The notes beneath the pieces were generated by a model, which made no database searches, was not told where the DNA came from, and saw nothing but the letters and a program-made list of their open reading frames with translations. Of a stretch of DNA of 64,000 nucleotides, positions 43,041-53,144 are shown in pieces (position 1 is the stretch's first letter; each line of letters opens with the position of its first letter). This stretch comes from an uncultured Acidobacteriota bacterium (GTDB lineage: Bacteria; Acidobacteriota; Terriglobia; UBA7540). The stretch covers positions 1,408,001-1,472,000 of the forward strand of contig CAWDSK010000006.1 of assembly GCA_963804995.1 (NCBI GenBank), written 5' to 3'. The position numbers and the translations under genes were made by a program.

Positions 43041-43919
43041 ATGTCTAACCTGAGCGCTGTACTGCCCTCTACTGCACCGAACGTTCCCGTTCGCGATCAC
43101 TTCGTTCCTGTCAAGGCCGCTTTCATCATCGCCATGCACCTGGGCGTCATCGCGGTTTTCTGGCAAACCACGTGGGCAGCCGTTGGCCTCTGCATCCTCA
43201 TGCACGCCCTGTTCGGAGGACTGGGAATCTGCGTCGGCTATCATCGCCTGCTCACGCACCGCTCCTTCAAATGTCCAAAAGCCGTGGAATACACCCTGGC
43301 TCTGCTGGGCACGCTGACGCTCGAAGGCGGTCCTGTCGATTGGGTCGCGCACCATCGGCAACACCACCAATACTCCGATGCAGAGGGTGACCCGCATAGC
43401 GCGCGCGACGGCTTCTTCTGGAGTCATGTCCTGTGGATGATGTGGGTGCCCAATAAAAAAGACTGGCAGGACCTCACGGAGCGCTACACCCCGGACTTGC
43501 TCCGCCAGCCCTTTTACGGGTTCTTGGGGCGCTTCTACTTGGAGCTCTCCATCCTGCTGGCCATCGGGTTGTACCTCCTCGGCGGCTGGCCGTTTGTCGT
43601 CTGGGGAATGTGCGTGCGGCTCGTCGTCACCTATCACAGCACCTGGTTTGTGAATTCCGCCAGCCACACCTTCGGATACAGGAATTTTGAACTTTCAGAC
43701 CTCTCCACCAACTGCTGGTGGGTGGCCCTGATCACTTACGGCGAAGGCTGGCACAATAACCACCATGCATTTCCCACTTCCGCACGCCACGGGCTTCGAC
43801 CCTGGGAAATCGACCTTTCATACGCTTTTATCCGCATGCTTAAGACCGTGGGACTGGCTTGGGATGTGCGTACGCCGCCGGCGGAGAAACTCAAGTTTGA
43901 TACTCCCCGCGCGGCCTAG
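43041..43919 (+). CDS. Delta-9-type acyl-lipid/acyl-CoA desaturase
   Basis: His boxes YHRLLTH, HRQHH, WHNNHH. Confidence 0.95.
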   Translation: MSNLSAVLPSTAPNVPVRDHFVPVKAAFIIAMHLGVIAVFWQTTWAAVGLCILMHALFGGLGICVGYHRLLTHRSFKCPKAVEYTLALLGTLTLEGGPVDWVAHHRQHHQYSDAEGDPHSARDGFFWSHVLWMMWVPNKKDWQDLTERYTPDLLRQPFYGFLGRFYLELSILLAIGLYLLGGWPFVVWGMCVRLVVTYHSTWFVNSASHTFGYRNFELSDLSTNCWWVALITYGEGWHNNHHAFPTSARHGLRPWEIDLSYAFIRMLKTVGLAWDVRTPPAEKLKFDTPRAA

Positions 43920-44124
43920 TGTGGTGTCCCGTGCTAGAGTTGACAATGGGTAGAACCCCCTCACCCGTCTGGCCTCGGCTGATGAGAACGCCTCGGCCAG
44001 CCACCCTCTCCCCCAAAGGGGCGAGGGCAAGAGAATTAACTCTCCCCTCGCCCCTTTGGGGGAGAGGGGCTGGGGGGAGGGGGTCGGACAGTCTTGTCAA
44101 ATATTAACCGGGACACCACACTAG
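43916..44124. mobile_element. IS630-like MITE with REP-like cargo, copy 1
   Basis: CTAGTGTGGTGTCCCG ... CGGGACACCACACTAG; near-identical copy at 63479..63689. Confidence 0.85.
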
Positions 44125-44181
44125 ACTTGGCAGGCAGTCGTAAATTGCCTGCCCGGGACCAATCCTGCAAGGAGCCAATCC

Positions 44182-45762
44182 ATGATGCGAAAGTGTCTGC
44201 TGATGCTCGTGGTGCTTTCTGCTCTGACCACTTTTGCCGATGTAGGAGTGGGCAAGCGTTGGTGGTCCTACGTCGAGTACCTGGCAAGCGACAAGTTGGA
44301 GGGACGCCGTACAGGTAGCGAGGCACATCGTATCGCCGCGGAATACGTGGCTGCGCACTTCAAGCAGGAAGGCCTCACCCCGGCCGGGACACAGGGTTAC
44401 ATCCAGCCCGTGAAGTTTTACTCCCGCACCATCGAGGAGAAGGGGTCAAGCCTGGCTCTGATCAGAGGAGGCAAGCGTGAACCCCTCCGCCTCGGTGATG
44501 ACGCCATCATCCGCGCCTCCGTGGCTCCGGCGCCGTCGATCAACGCACCGTTGGCATTTGTCGGCTATGGCCTGAGTGTCCCGGAGCTGAAGTACGACGA
44601 TTTGGCCGGCCAGGATCTGCACGGCAAGGTCGCTGTGTACGTCACCGGTGGACCGACCTCGCTTCCCATTGTGTTGCGTGCCCATGCACAGTCCATCGAA
44701 GAACGCTGGCGTGCGCTGCACCGCGCGGGCGTCATCGGCATCATTTCAGTCTACAACCCACACCATATGGATATCCCCTGGTCGCGCGCCATGGTGCTGC
44801 GGTCTCAGCCTGCCATGCAGTTGGCCGATCGGGAGATGGACGAAACGCCGGGCGATCAACTGGGGATTGGCTTCAATCCCGCGGAGGCGGAGAAGCTGTT
44901 TGCGGGCTCCGGACACACCTTCGAGGAAATGGTGGAGATCGCGGACCGTGGCACCCAGTTGCCGCGCTTTCCCCTGGCGGTATCACTCGAAGCGCACGCG
45001 AAGTACGCCCAACAGGAAGTCACTTCACAGAATATTGTGGGGATTCTCCCAGGGTCCGACCCGGCGCTCAAAAATGAATACGTGGTCCTCTCCGCACACG
45101 TGGACCATCTGGGCGTTGGTGAGCCCATCAATGGCGACCGGATTTACAACGGGGCCATGGATAACGCGTCGGGCGTGGCGACACTTCTCGAAGTTGCCGA
45201 CGTACTGCATGAGTCCGGCGTCAAACCGCGCCGGTCGTTGCTCTTCCTGGTGCCGACGGGTGAAGAGGCGGGCCTTCTGGGCTCGCGATATTACGCCGCG
45301 CATCCCACCGTTCCCATCACGCAAATCATCGGAGACTTGAACATCGACATGTTCCTCCCGATCTTCCCCTTGAAACGACTGACCGTCTATGGCCTCGAGG
45401 AGTCTGACCTGGGGGCGCTTCTGAAGAACGTGGCGGCAGCGGAGGGAGTTGAGGTGCAGCCTGACCCCGCTCCGGAGCGCAATGTCTTGATCCGCAGCGA
45501 TCAGTACAGCTTCATCAAGAAGGGTATTCCTTCCATCTTCTTTTCGTTCGGGTACGTCAAGGGCTCACCGGAGGAGGCAACTGCCAAGCAGTGGCTTACG
45601 AATCGCTATCACGCGCCTTCGGATGACACCCATCAGCCCGTAGATCTGGCCGCAGCCGCCAAATACAATAAGATCGTGTTGCGGCTTGCCGAGGCAATGG
45701 CCGACGGCGCCAATCGCCCTCAGTGGAATCCCAATTCCTTCTTCCGGCGGTATGCGAAATAG
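44182..45762 (+). CDS. M28-family peptidase with PA domain
   Basis: SAHVDHLG, NGAMDNASG, GEEAGLLGS, RSDQYSF, YHAPSD. Confidence 0.95.
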   Translation: MMRKCLLMLVVLSALTTFADVGVGKRWWSYVEYLASDKLEGRRTGSEAHRIAAEYVAAHFKQEGLTPAGTQGYIQPVKFYSRTIEEKGSSLALIRGGKREPLRLGDDAIIRASVAPAPSINAPLAFVGYGLSVPELKYDDLAGQDLHGKVAVYVTGGPTSLPIVLRAHAQSIEERWRALHRAGVIGIISVYNPHHMDIPWSRAMVLRSQPAMQLADREMDETPGDQLGIGFNPAEAEKLFAGSGHTFEEMVEIADRGTQLPRFPLAVSLEAHAKYAQQEVTSQNIVGILPGSDPALKNEYVVLSAHVDHLGVGEPINGDRIYNGAMDNASGVATLLEVADVLHESGVKPRRSLLFLVPTGEEAGLLGSRYYAAHPTVPITQIIGDLNIDMFLPIFPLKRLTVYGLEESDLGALLKNVAAAEGVEVQPDPAPERNVLIRSDQYSFIKKGIPSIFFSFGYVKGSPEEATAKQWLTNRYHAPSDDTHQPVDLAAAAKYNKIVLRLAEAMADGANRPQWNPNSFFRRYAK

Positions 45763-46294
45763 CGGGCTGTCGACGAGAACGCGCTGCCGAAACCGGCCTC
45801 CACACGCCTCGCCCGGCGGGTGTTTGGAAAGAACGCGCTATCGGGGCACGGCGCGCCACCCCTCATCATCTGAGGCGGGGAGTGTTTTTAAGAACTCCCC
45901 TCCTGATTTCCGTGGCGCGTCGAGCGACGGGGTGGTTATAAGTTTCAGCGCCGAGCGGTCGCCCTCCATTAGGATCGGCGGACTTTCAGCCGCGGCGACC
46001 CCTACGGATTCCCCTCCGAAACACTAGGTCACTGTAAAAGCGGTTGTGCGGCTGGCACACGACATGCTATAGTAGGCATCGCGAAATATGTAACTCGTTC
46101 GACCCAGCACCAGTAGCCCCTGCGTTTTGGACAACCATCCCGGAGGTCACGCCACTACCCCCTGAATCGGCCTCCTGCGGGCCTAAACTATGCTCAACAG
46201 GAATTCACTCGCACTAAGTTGCTTTCAGCCTGGATTCCCGGGTGAGGGGTACCCCGGTCGATTCCAAATCAAATATTTGTCCCGAGAGTAGAGA

Positions 46295-48304
46295 TTGCCG
46301 GTCATGCCAAAATATGTTTCAAGGGTTGCAGCCAGGTGGGCTTTGGCGTCCATGTGTCTGGGCGCGGTGCTTGGCGCCTGTGAAGGGATTTTCCTTCTCC
46401 AGCAAGGCAACGCCAGCTTTCCTCACGCTGCGGCTGGACCCGCCATCTTGGTTCTTGCTCCTTTGGCCGATGCCTTGTTCTTTGGCTTCGTAGGCCTGAT
46501 TCTGGGTACGGTTCGGGGACTCTGTAACCGGAACAATTGCCGGATCACCGAGTATCTGGTGGCAATTTTGTGTTTCACCGTTGGCGCCTATATTTCGACG
46601 GTGGCAATCTACGTGTTGTCCCGGAAATCGCCCGAGCCTGCTACGATTTTGTCTGTCGTGAGTTTCTCACTGTCCGTGGGGTTCATAGTAGGCATCGCGT
46701 CAATGTGGGTCAGGCCGGTCCTCCAACAGTATTCGGGCGCCGTGCTGGCCTTCCCAACCCGCCGCCAACTGAAACTCTTCCTGGCAGGCGCGTTCCTTAT
46801 CGCGGTCGTTCTTTTAAATTCTGTGAGCTCCAAGATCGGCGCACCTGCTGCAATCCAGGACTCAAGCCCGGGTGCAGGACGGGCAACGGCCAATAAACCA
46901 AACATCATCATGATTGCGCTTGATACCGCAAGGGCGGACCACTTTTCCAGCTATGGTTACTCCCGCCCGACCACTGGCAATCTGGACAATCTGGCGAAAC
47001 AAGGAGTCCTGTTTGAGACGGCTGTGGCTCCCGCTCCCTGGACTTTGCCATCCTTCGCGTCGATATTTACAGGCCTCTTGCCCCATGAGCACGCCGCCAA
47101 TGCCACTTCACCCTTGCCCAATGGCTTGTTGACGCTTGCCTCCATCCTGAAACTCCGTGGATATACGACCGTGGGCTTCAACGCAAATTTCATAATGGGG
47201 AACAAACGAACCGGCCTCGCACAGGGATTTGATTTCTATGAAGATGGCGACGACTCGCTGCGCTCGGACCTGGACAGCATCGGCGCGGTAAAGCTGTTTT
47301 TGTATTTCTTCTACCATCCTTTCTTCCGTGTGGACCCCCTGCGGCGCCGCAATGCTCACCAGGTCAGCCAGTCCGTTACGCATTGGTTCAGGAATCGCTC
47401 CCCGCAGCCCTTCTTTCTCTTTATTAATTTCTATGATGCTCATGAACCTTATAGCCCTATCTCTGAAATAGGGGATGAGTTCGGGAACGCACACACCACC
47501 TTGGCCCACCGGGTCGATGGAGAGATTCACGGGTTCTCGCGCCTCGTCGCCGATCCGAAATCCGCGGCGGAGCTGGCAACGGTGGTTGCTGGGTATGACA
47601 GTGGGATTGCCTATGAAGACAGGCAGATTGGTAACCTTCTGCGGGTGTTGGGAGCATCTCCTGAGTGGTCGAATACTTACATTGTCGTTTTCGCCGACCA
47701 TGGCCAAAGCTTGGGCGACCATGGCCACTATGGTCACCTCTGGGGAAACGGTTGGGAGTTGCTGCATGTCCCCCTGATCATCGCCGGGCCTGGAATCCCT
47801 GCCGGACGACGGGTCACCAATCTGGTAAGTCTTCAACAACTGTTCGCTACGGTCCTGGATTTTTCCGCGGGCGCAAGTCCAGCGCCGGAACCGAAGAGTT
47901 TGCGCTGCTATTGGACTTTGCCTCCGGCCTCTTGCAATTCGCAGCCTCAGGTGATCTCCGAATTGGCCTTTGCTGAGTCCATCAGTTTGGTAACCCCCGA
48001 GTGGCATTTCATAAGGGATCATGACGGCAACAGAGAGCTTTACCACCGGCCCAGCGACCCCCTGGAAAATGCGAATATTGCCCTGTCTCCCGGTTACCAA
48101 AATGAAGTCGATGCCTTGCAAAACCGTCTGTTTGAACAGTTAGAGGCTACTTCTCGTCCGCGGGAGGGGGAGAATTACTTGCGAGGCGTGGGGGAACACG
48201 ACTTTTCCCTACTCACCAGGACGAACCTTCCCAGGCCCAGCTCTGGCAACGAGCAACCCTCTACACTATCCAAAGGGTTGCTGTACAGCCTTCCCTATCA
48301 ATAG
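46295..48304 (+). CDS. Membrane-anchored sulfatase-like hydrolase/transferase
   Basis: About 5 N-terminal TMs; PNIIMIALDTARAD, WTLPSFASIFTG, DAHEPY, ADHG, HVPLII. Confidence 0.88.
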   Translation: MPVMPKYVSRVAARWALASMCLGAVLGACEGIFLLQQGNASFPHAAAGPAILVLAPLADALFFGFVGLILGTVRGLCNRNNCRITEYLVAILCFTVGAYISTVAIYVLSRKSPEPATILSVVSFSLSVGFIVGIASMWVRPVLQQYSGAVLAFPTRRQLKLFLAGAFLIAVVLLNSVSSKIGAPAAIQDSSPGAGRATANKPNIIMIALDTARADHFSSYGYSRPTTGNLDNLAKQGVLFETAVAPAPWTLPSFASIFTGLLPHEHAANATSPLPNGLLTLASILKLRGYTTVGFNANFIMGNKRTGLAQGFDFYEDGDDSLRSDLDSIGAVKLFLYFFYHPFFRVDPLRRRNAHQVSQSVTHWFRNRSPQPFFLFINFYDAHEPYSPISEIGDEFGNAHTTLAHRVDGEIHGFSRLVADPKSAAELATVVAGYDSGIAYEDRQIGNLLRVLGASPEWSNTYIVVFADHGQSLGDHGHYGHLWGNGWELLHVPLIIAGPGIPAGRRVTNLVSLQQLFATVLDFSAGASPAPEPKSLRCYWTLPPASCNSQPQVISELAFAESISLVTPEWHFIRDHDGNRELYHRPSDPLENANIALSPGYQNEVDALQNRLFEQLEATSRPREGENYLRGVGEHDFSLLTRTNLPRPSSGNEQPSTLSKGLLYSLPYQ

Positions 48305-48554
48305 CAGGTAGCCGGCAGCGCGCGGGTAGCCGCCGTTTGGCTTCCTCCGCGGCGCGGCCGAAAATAGGGACGCATTACGCTAGGATGAATGTCTTTCGGA
48401 TGCAACCCCCCGCCGGGAGGCAGGCATCCATTCATTGCAAAACGCACAGGGGCATTGAGAACTCCCCAAATTGAAAATTTCTTGGTATGATGTGGACAGG
48501 CTAGGGCTAAAGGGACCCCCCGGGTCCGGGTTGTAAAAGTGCGGAACGAATAAC

Positions 48555-48905
48555 TTGCGACGGTTAGGAAAATCTCGACACCGATACTGGGTGCATGCAC
48601 TCATTGCCTGCCTTGCCCTGGCCGGTGAATTTCAGCTTCTCTCGGTCGAAGTCTTCCATCACCACGAATCTTCTGCGAGTGTCTGCCGTGCTGGACACGG
48701 CACGACACACCTGCATGCGAGTCAGGAAGTCAGCCCGTTCTGCCCGCTTTGCCAAGTGGCTCGCAGCAGCTCGGTTCGGCCCGCGGCCCGGGCCCTCCTC
48801 TCGAAGCCGCATCTCGGAACACCCTACCACCTGACAGCTTGGGAACCGAGGTACTCTCTTAACCTCGCCCAAGCGTTAGGCGCCCGCTCCCCTCCCCTCT
48901 CCTGA
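48555..48905 (+). CDS. DUF2946/CruR-like upstream ORF (HHH, CPLC, C-terminal RSPP)
   Basis: Basic + hydrophobic N-terminus, FHHH, HLH, CPLCQ, GARSPPLS-stop; 55 nt before a TonB receptor. Confidence 0.75.
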   Translation: MRRLGKSRHRYWVHALIACLALAGEFQLLSVEVFHHHESSASVCRAGHGTTHLHASQEVSPFCPLCQVARSSSVRPAARALLSKPHLGTPYHLTAWEPRYSLNLAQALGARSPPLS

Positions 48906-48959
48906 AAATTTTCCCATCTCGCTTCACCTCAAAATTCTCAGGAGCAAAAGGAGCAGGGC
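48882..48959 (+). promoter_or_regulatory. SD-sequestering hairpin overlapping the uORF arrest codons
   Basis: CTCCTGAAAATTTT (48899-48912) pairs 13/14 with AAAATTCTCAGGAG (48931-48944); GCCCGCTCC pairs with GGAGC-A-GGGC over the SD. Confidence 0.7.
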
Positions 48960-48960
48960 C

Positions 48961-51744
48961 ATGGTCGAAAGGCGACCCCTTTTATTTTTCTCTATTGTTT
49001 TCTTGTGGGCAGTGACCCTTCCCGCGGTGATACTCGGGCAGAACCTGGGGAGCGCCGGGACGGTCCACGGCACGGTGGCGGATCCCTCCGGCGCAGTGAT
49101 CCCCGGCGCCACAGCGACAATTCACAACCCCATCACCGGTTTTGAACGCACCGCCTCAACGGACAGCTCGGGCGGGTTCAGCTTCACCAACGTCCCCTTC
49201 AATCCGTATCACCTGAGCGTTACCGCCACGGGCTTCGCCCCCCAGGCGCAAGAGGTGGACCTTAACTCCATGGTTCCCGTCAGTCTAAAAATCACGCTGC
49301 AATTGGCCGGCGCGAAAACCACGGTAACGGTCACGGGCGAAGCGGCGGATATCATCGAGACGGATCCCACGACCCATACGGATGTGGACCGGGCACTCTT
49401 CGATAAGCTGCCGCTCGAAAGTCAATCCTCCTCCATCAGCTCATTGATCACCCTTTCCACACCGGGAGTCACCGCGGATTCCAACGGCCTCTTCCACGGA
49501 ATGGGCGATCACGCAGAAAATTCGTTCTCGGTGGACGGCCAGCCCATCACCGACCAGCAAAGCAAGATCTTCTCGAATCAGATTTCTCTCAACTCCATCC
49601 AGTCGTTGGAGGTGATACCGGGGGCGCCACCGGCGGAATTCGGAGACAAAACCAGTGTGGTCATCGTCGCCACCACACGGTCGGGGCTTGGGGTCAGCAA
49701 GCCGACCGGAAGCATCACCGCTTCCTATGGCACATTTGGTTCGGCAAATGGCGGCTTCAATCTCGCCTATGGCAAGGACAAGTGGGGCAACTTCATTTCT
49801 GCCAATGGTCTGAACACCAGCCGGTTTTTGGATCCACCGGAATTCAACGTGATGCACGCCCGGGGGAATCAGCAGAATCTGTTTGACCGGTTCGACTTCA
49901 AACCCTCGGACAGGGATACCTTCAATTTGAACTTCGGTTTCACGCGGTCCTGGTTCCAGACGCCCAATTCGTTCGACGCCCAAAACGCCACAGCATGGTC
50001 CGGACTCGTGGTCGACAATGGAGGATTCGGGCCCGACGGCCGTCTGGTGGGTTCCGAGGACCAGCGTTCCCAAATTAAGACAATCAACGTTGCCCCCAGT
50101 TGGTCGCGTCTGGTCAATGGCAACACTGTGGTCTCACTCGGTGGTTGGGTCCGGCACGATCAAGCGAACTACTACCCGAGCGCCAACCCCTTCGCCGACC
50201 TTACGCCAGGTCTTCAGACACAGACCCTCAGCCAAAATCGCACGCTTACCAACGCAGGCGCGAGGGCGAATATCTCTTACGCGAAAGGCATCCACAACCT
50301 GAAGGCGGGAGTCAACTTCCAGCACACCTTTCTGACAGAAAACGACTCCTTCGGGATCGTCGATCCCACCTTTAACCCAGTCTGTTTTAACCCTGACGGG
50401 AGTCCTGACACCAACCCGGCGCTGACGAATCCGGCGAATTGCAGCGGCCTGGTGCAGGCAAATCCCGGATTTGTACCGCTGCTGGGTTGCTACGATCTAA
50501 CCCGTACGGGGTCACTCCCAGCGTCCGACGGTTGCCCGAATCCGACCAGTGGGTTGTACGCTTTCCGCGGTCACTCGGATATTAAAGAGGTGGCCCTGTA
50601 CATTCAGGACACCATCAAAGCGAAGAATTGGATGTTTAACCTCGGGCTGCGCGGCGATTTCTACAATGGCATAACGATTGCCCGTCTGGTGGAACCTCGC
50701 GTCGGCGTTTCCTATAACATCAAGCATACGAACACCGTGCTGCGGGCGTCTTACGCTCGCGCCATGGAAACGCCGTTCAATGAGAACTTGGTCCTGGCCA
50801 GCAAGGGGTGCGACGACCCCGTGGTCAATGATCTCATGTCTATCAGCCAGGGCTATCCCTGCCTCACCGTTCCCCTGAGCCCCGGTACGCGTAATGAGTT
50901 TCATGCCGGCCTCGAGCAAGCCTTCGGAAAATACCTGGTTGTGGACGGCGAATACATTTGGAAGTATACGCATGGGGCTTACGACTTCAGTATCTTCGGC
51001 GCCACGCCGCTCACTTTTCCCATAGTGTGGGACCACTCGAAAATCCCCGGATATGCCGTCCGCCTAAGTGTCCCGAATACCCACGGATTTACCGCATTTG
51101 TGGTCTTCTCCAGTGTGGCGGCACGCTTCTTCACACCCCAGATCAGCGGAATTGGAACTACGCCGACGAGCGCGGGCGCGGGTGGAGTTTTTCGCATTGA
51201 CCACGACGAGGTGTTCAATTCAACCGCTCACCTGCAATACCAGCCGTTTAAACGCGGCCCCTGGGTTGGCTTCAACTGGCGCTACGATAGCGGCCTCGTG
51301 GCAGGTCCCACACCGTGCGCGGGCGGCAATTGCAATAACGGGCCGAACGGGACGGACACGGTCGTGGACTTTTCCGGGTTGACTCCCGACCAGCAATTCC
51401 AAGCAGGACTCTCCTGCGGGGGCGTTTTTGCGACCCCCACGACTCCGATCAATTCAAGTGGCCTGTGCCCGGCGAATGACTACTCTTCCAAATACATAAA
51501 GATTCCAGCGGCAGGCACCGAAAACGACGATCACAACCCACCCCGTATCGCCCCGCGCAACCTCTTCGATATATCGGTGGGCCACGACAATCTGTTTAAC
51601 GGTGACAAACACAAATGGAGCGTCCGCTTTACGGTCATCAACCTGACCAATAAAGAGGCGCTCTATAACTTCCTTTCGACCTTCAGTGGAACCCATTACG
51701 TTACGCCGCGAACCTTTACGGCGGAACTGGGCTTTCACTTCTAA
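48961..51744 (+). CDS. TonB-dependent receptor with carboxypeptidase-regulatory-like N-domain
   Basis: GTVADPSGAVIPGA, VDGQPITD, EPRVGVSY, C-terminal PRTFTAELGFHF. Confidence 0.93.
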   Translation: MVERRPLLFFSIVFLWAVTLPAVILGQNLGSAGTVHGTVADPSGAVIPGATATIHNPITGFERTASTDSSGGFSFTNVPFNPYHLSVTATGFAPQAQEVDLNSMVPVSLKITLQLAGAKTTVTVTGEAADIIETDPTTHTDVDRALFDKLPLESQSSSISSLITLSTPGVTADSNGLFHGMGDHAENSFSVDGQPITDQQSKIFSNQISLNSIQSLEVIPGAPPAEFGDKTSVVIVATTRSGLGVSKPTGSITASYGTFGSANGGFNLAYGKDKWGNFISANGLNTSRFLDPPEFNVMHARGNQQNLFDRFDFKPSDRDTFNLNFGFTRSWFQTPNSFDAQNATAWSGLVVDNGGFGPDGRLVGSEDQRSQIKTINVAPSWSRLVNGNTVVSLGGWVRHDQANYYPSANPFADLTPGLQTQTLSQNRTLTNAGARANISYAKGIHNLKAGVNFQHTFLTENDSFGIVDPTFNPVCFNPDGSPDTNPALTNPANCSGLVQANPGFVPLLGCYDLTRTGSLPASDGCPNPTSGLYAFRGHSDIKEVALYIQDTIKAKNWMFNLGLRGDFYNGITIARLVEPRVGVSYNIKHTNTVLRASYARAMETPFNENLVLASKGCDDPVVNDLMSISQGYPCLTVPLSPGTRNEFHAGLEQAFGKYLVVDGEYIWKYTHGAYDFSIFGATPLTFPIVWDHSKIPGYAVRLSVPNTHGFTAFVVFSSVAARFFTPQISGIGTTPTSAGAGGVFRIDHDEVFNSTAHLQYQPFKRGPWVGFNWRYDSGLVAGPTPCAGGNCNNGPNGTDTVVDFSGLTPDQQFQAGLSCGGVFATPTTPINSSGLCPANDYSSKYIKIPAAGTENDDHNPPRIAPRNLFDISVGHDNLFNGDKHKWSVRFTVINLTNKEALYNFLSTFSGTHYVTPRTFTAELGFHF

Positions 51745-51886
51745 CCTCACTCCATCAGCAGGCAGGCCCCGGCGGACAGAATTCCTTTCCGCCAGGGCCG
51801 GCCTTGATCTTCACCGCATCTACCCGTGAAAGGGGGGGCGGCTCGTGAAGGCAAGTGGCTGAAGCGCCGTTTCTAAGGAGGACATC

Positions 51887-52312
51887 GTGAAATTCCGATC
51901 CCTAATTCTATGCTGCGCGTTCGTCGCCCTGTGCGGTTTGGGCCTGGCGCAGAAGACTAACGTCGTGACCGTTCCCGCCCCCCACACTGCGGCGACCTCG
52001 GGCAAGCAGATGTATCAGGCATACTGCGCTACCTGCCACGGGATCGGAGGGAAGGGGGACGGGCCTGTCGCCAGCGCGTTAAAAGTTCCCCCGGCGGACC
52101 TGACGGCACTTTCGAATAGGAATAATGGCAAATTCCCGTCGGTGCAGGTCGTCAATATCATCACCGGCCCCTCCGGCGCAGCAGCTCACGGCACTAAAGA
52201 AATGCCGGTCTGGGGTCCAATTTTCAGAACGATGGAACACCAACACGAGTCAGAGGTACGCCTGCGCGTGGCTAATCTCACGGATTATATTAAGTCGTTG
52301 CAGCAGAAGTGA
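51887..52312 (+). CDS. Monoheme cytochrome c
   Basis: Signal peptide; CATCH; distal Met in EMPVWG. Confidence 0.92.
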   Translation: MKFRSLILCCAFVALCGLGLAQKTNVVTVPAPHTAATSGKQMYQAYCATCHGIGGKGDGPVASALKVPPADLTALSNRNNGKFPSVQVVNIITGPSGAAAHGTKEMPVWGPIFRTMEHQHESEVRLRVANLTDYIKSLQQK

Positions 52313-52325
52313 AAAGCCCTCGTGC

Positions 52326-52431
52326 CTTGGAGTGCGGTAGCAGCAGCTACCGCCTTCGGCCTTCGGTCCAGACGGCAAATAGGCGAGGGCCGGAGGAAGA
52401 AAGGCGGTAGCTGCTGCTACCGCACTCCAAG
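52326..52431. repeat. REP-like inverted pair, copy 2
   Basis: Similar to 11019..11123. Confidence 0.85.
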
Positions 52432-52723
52432 CTGCCTTCGGGGCACCAAGTTTTCATGACAGGGCAGCGAGCAGCAGGCTTCGACCCTCAAACGCTTGCC
52501 TGGAGCTGGCAGAATTATTTACTGACAACAAATATTTTCTTCTTGTATAAAATCTTCATAAATTGTCAAATGTGTTACGGTACTAGTTGAAACCTCGCAC
52601 CTCAACTCAGACTGGGGGTTTCAGGATAGGGCTTGATCAACCATTGACGGATTCCAGGTTGGGGACTTGGAACTTTTCGTCACGGCACGTCTTGTCGTTG
52701 TTCAATATCGGGGAAAAGGGGCT

Positions 52724-52930
52724 ATGGCTGCCATGAAGACAACGAGTAGAGCGACACATAAGATGGCCAGGAAAGCCTTCGGATTATTGCTCGATTTGCG
52801 AACGCGTGACAACGCCCAGCATCTCCTGAGTCAGGCCATCGCGTTTCTTGAAATGCTGGCGCAGGAGAAGGACATGAATGCCGCCCCCATGATGATTTCA
52901 ATTCGGGCGATGCAGCTTCGAAAAAACTAG
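52724..52930 (+). CDS. Small hypothetical protein
   Basis: Purine-rich RBS; amphipathic 68-aa ORF; no recognised motif. Confidence 0.5.
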   Translation: MAAMKTTSRATHKMARKAFGLLLDLRTRDNAQHLLSQAIAFLEMLAQEKDMNAAPMMISIRAMQLRKN

Positions 52931-53144
52931 GTGCAGGGAGTTACTATCCCTCGCAGACGGTCCTCGGCAATCGACCTTCAGGGTTCTTCCTAACCACTCT
53001 TCGCGCTGCCTATACCTTATTCCGCCGGGCTCGAAATGGTGCGCCCGCCCTCGCAGAATTGTCCCTTGCGCAGTCGACACTTCCGCCTGCGATCTGGTCA
53101 GCCCCTAACTTTAAACCAAGAACGGGGCGCCTCACGCCTGGGGC

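Noticed and set aside
52560..52720. Riboswitch or sRNA upstream of the small ORF (also considered 53740-53870)
   Set aside because: Local hairpins only; no recognisable aptamer consensus
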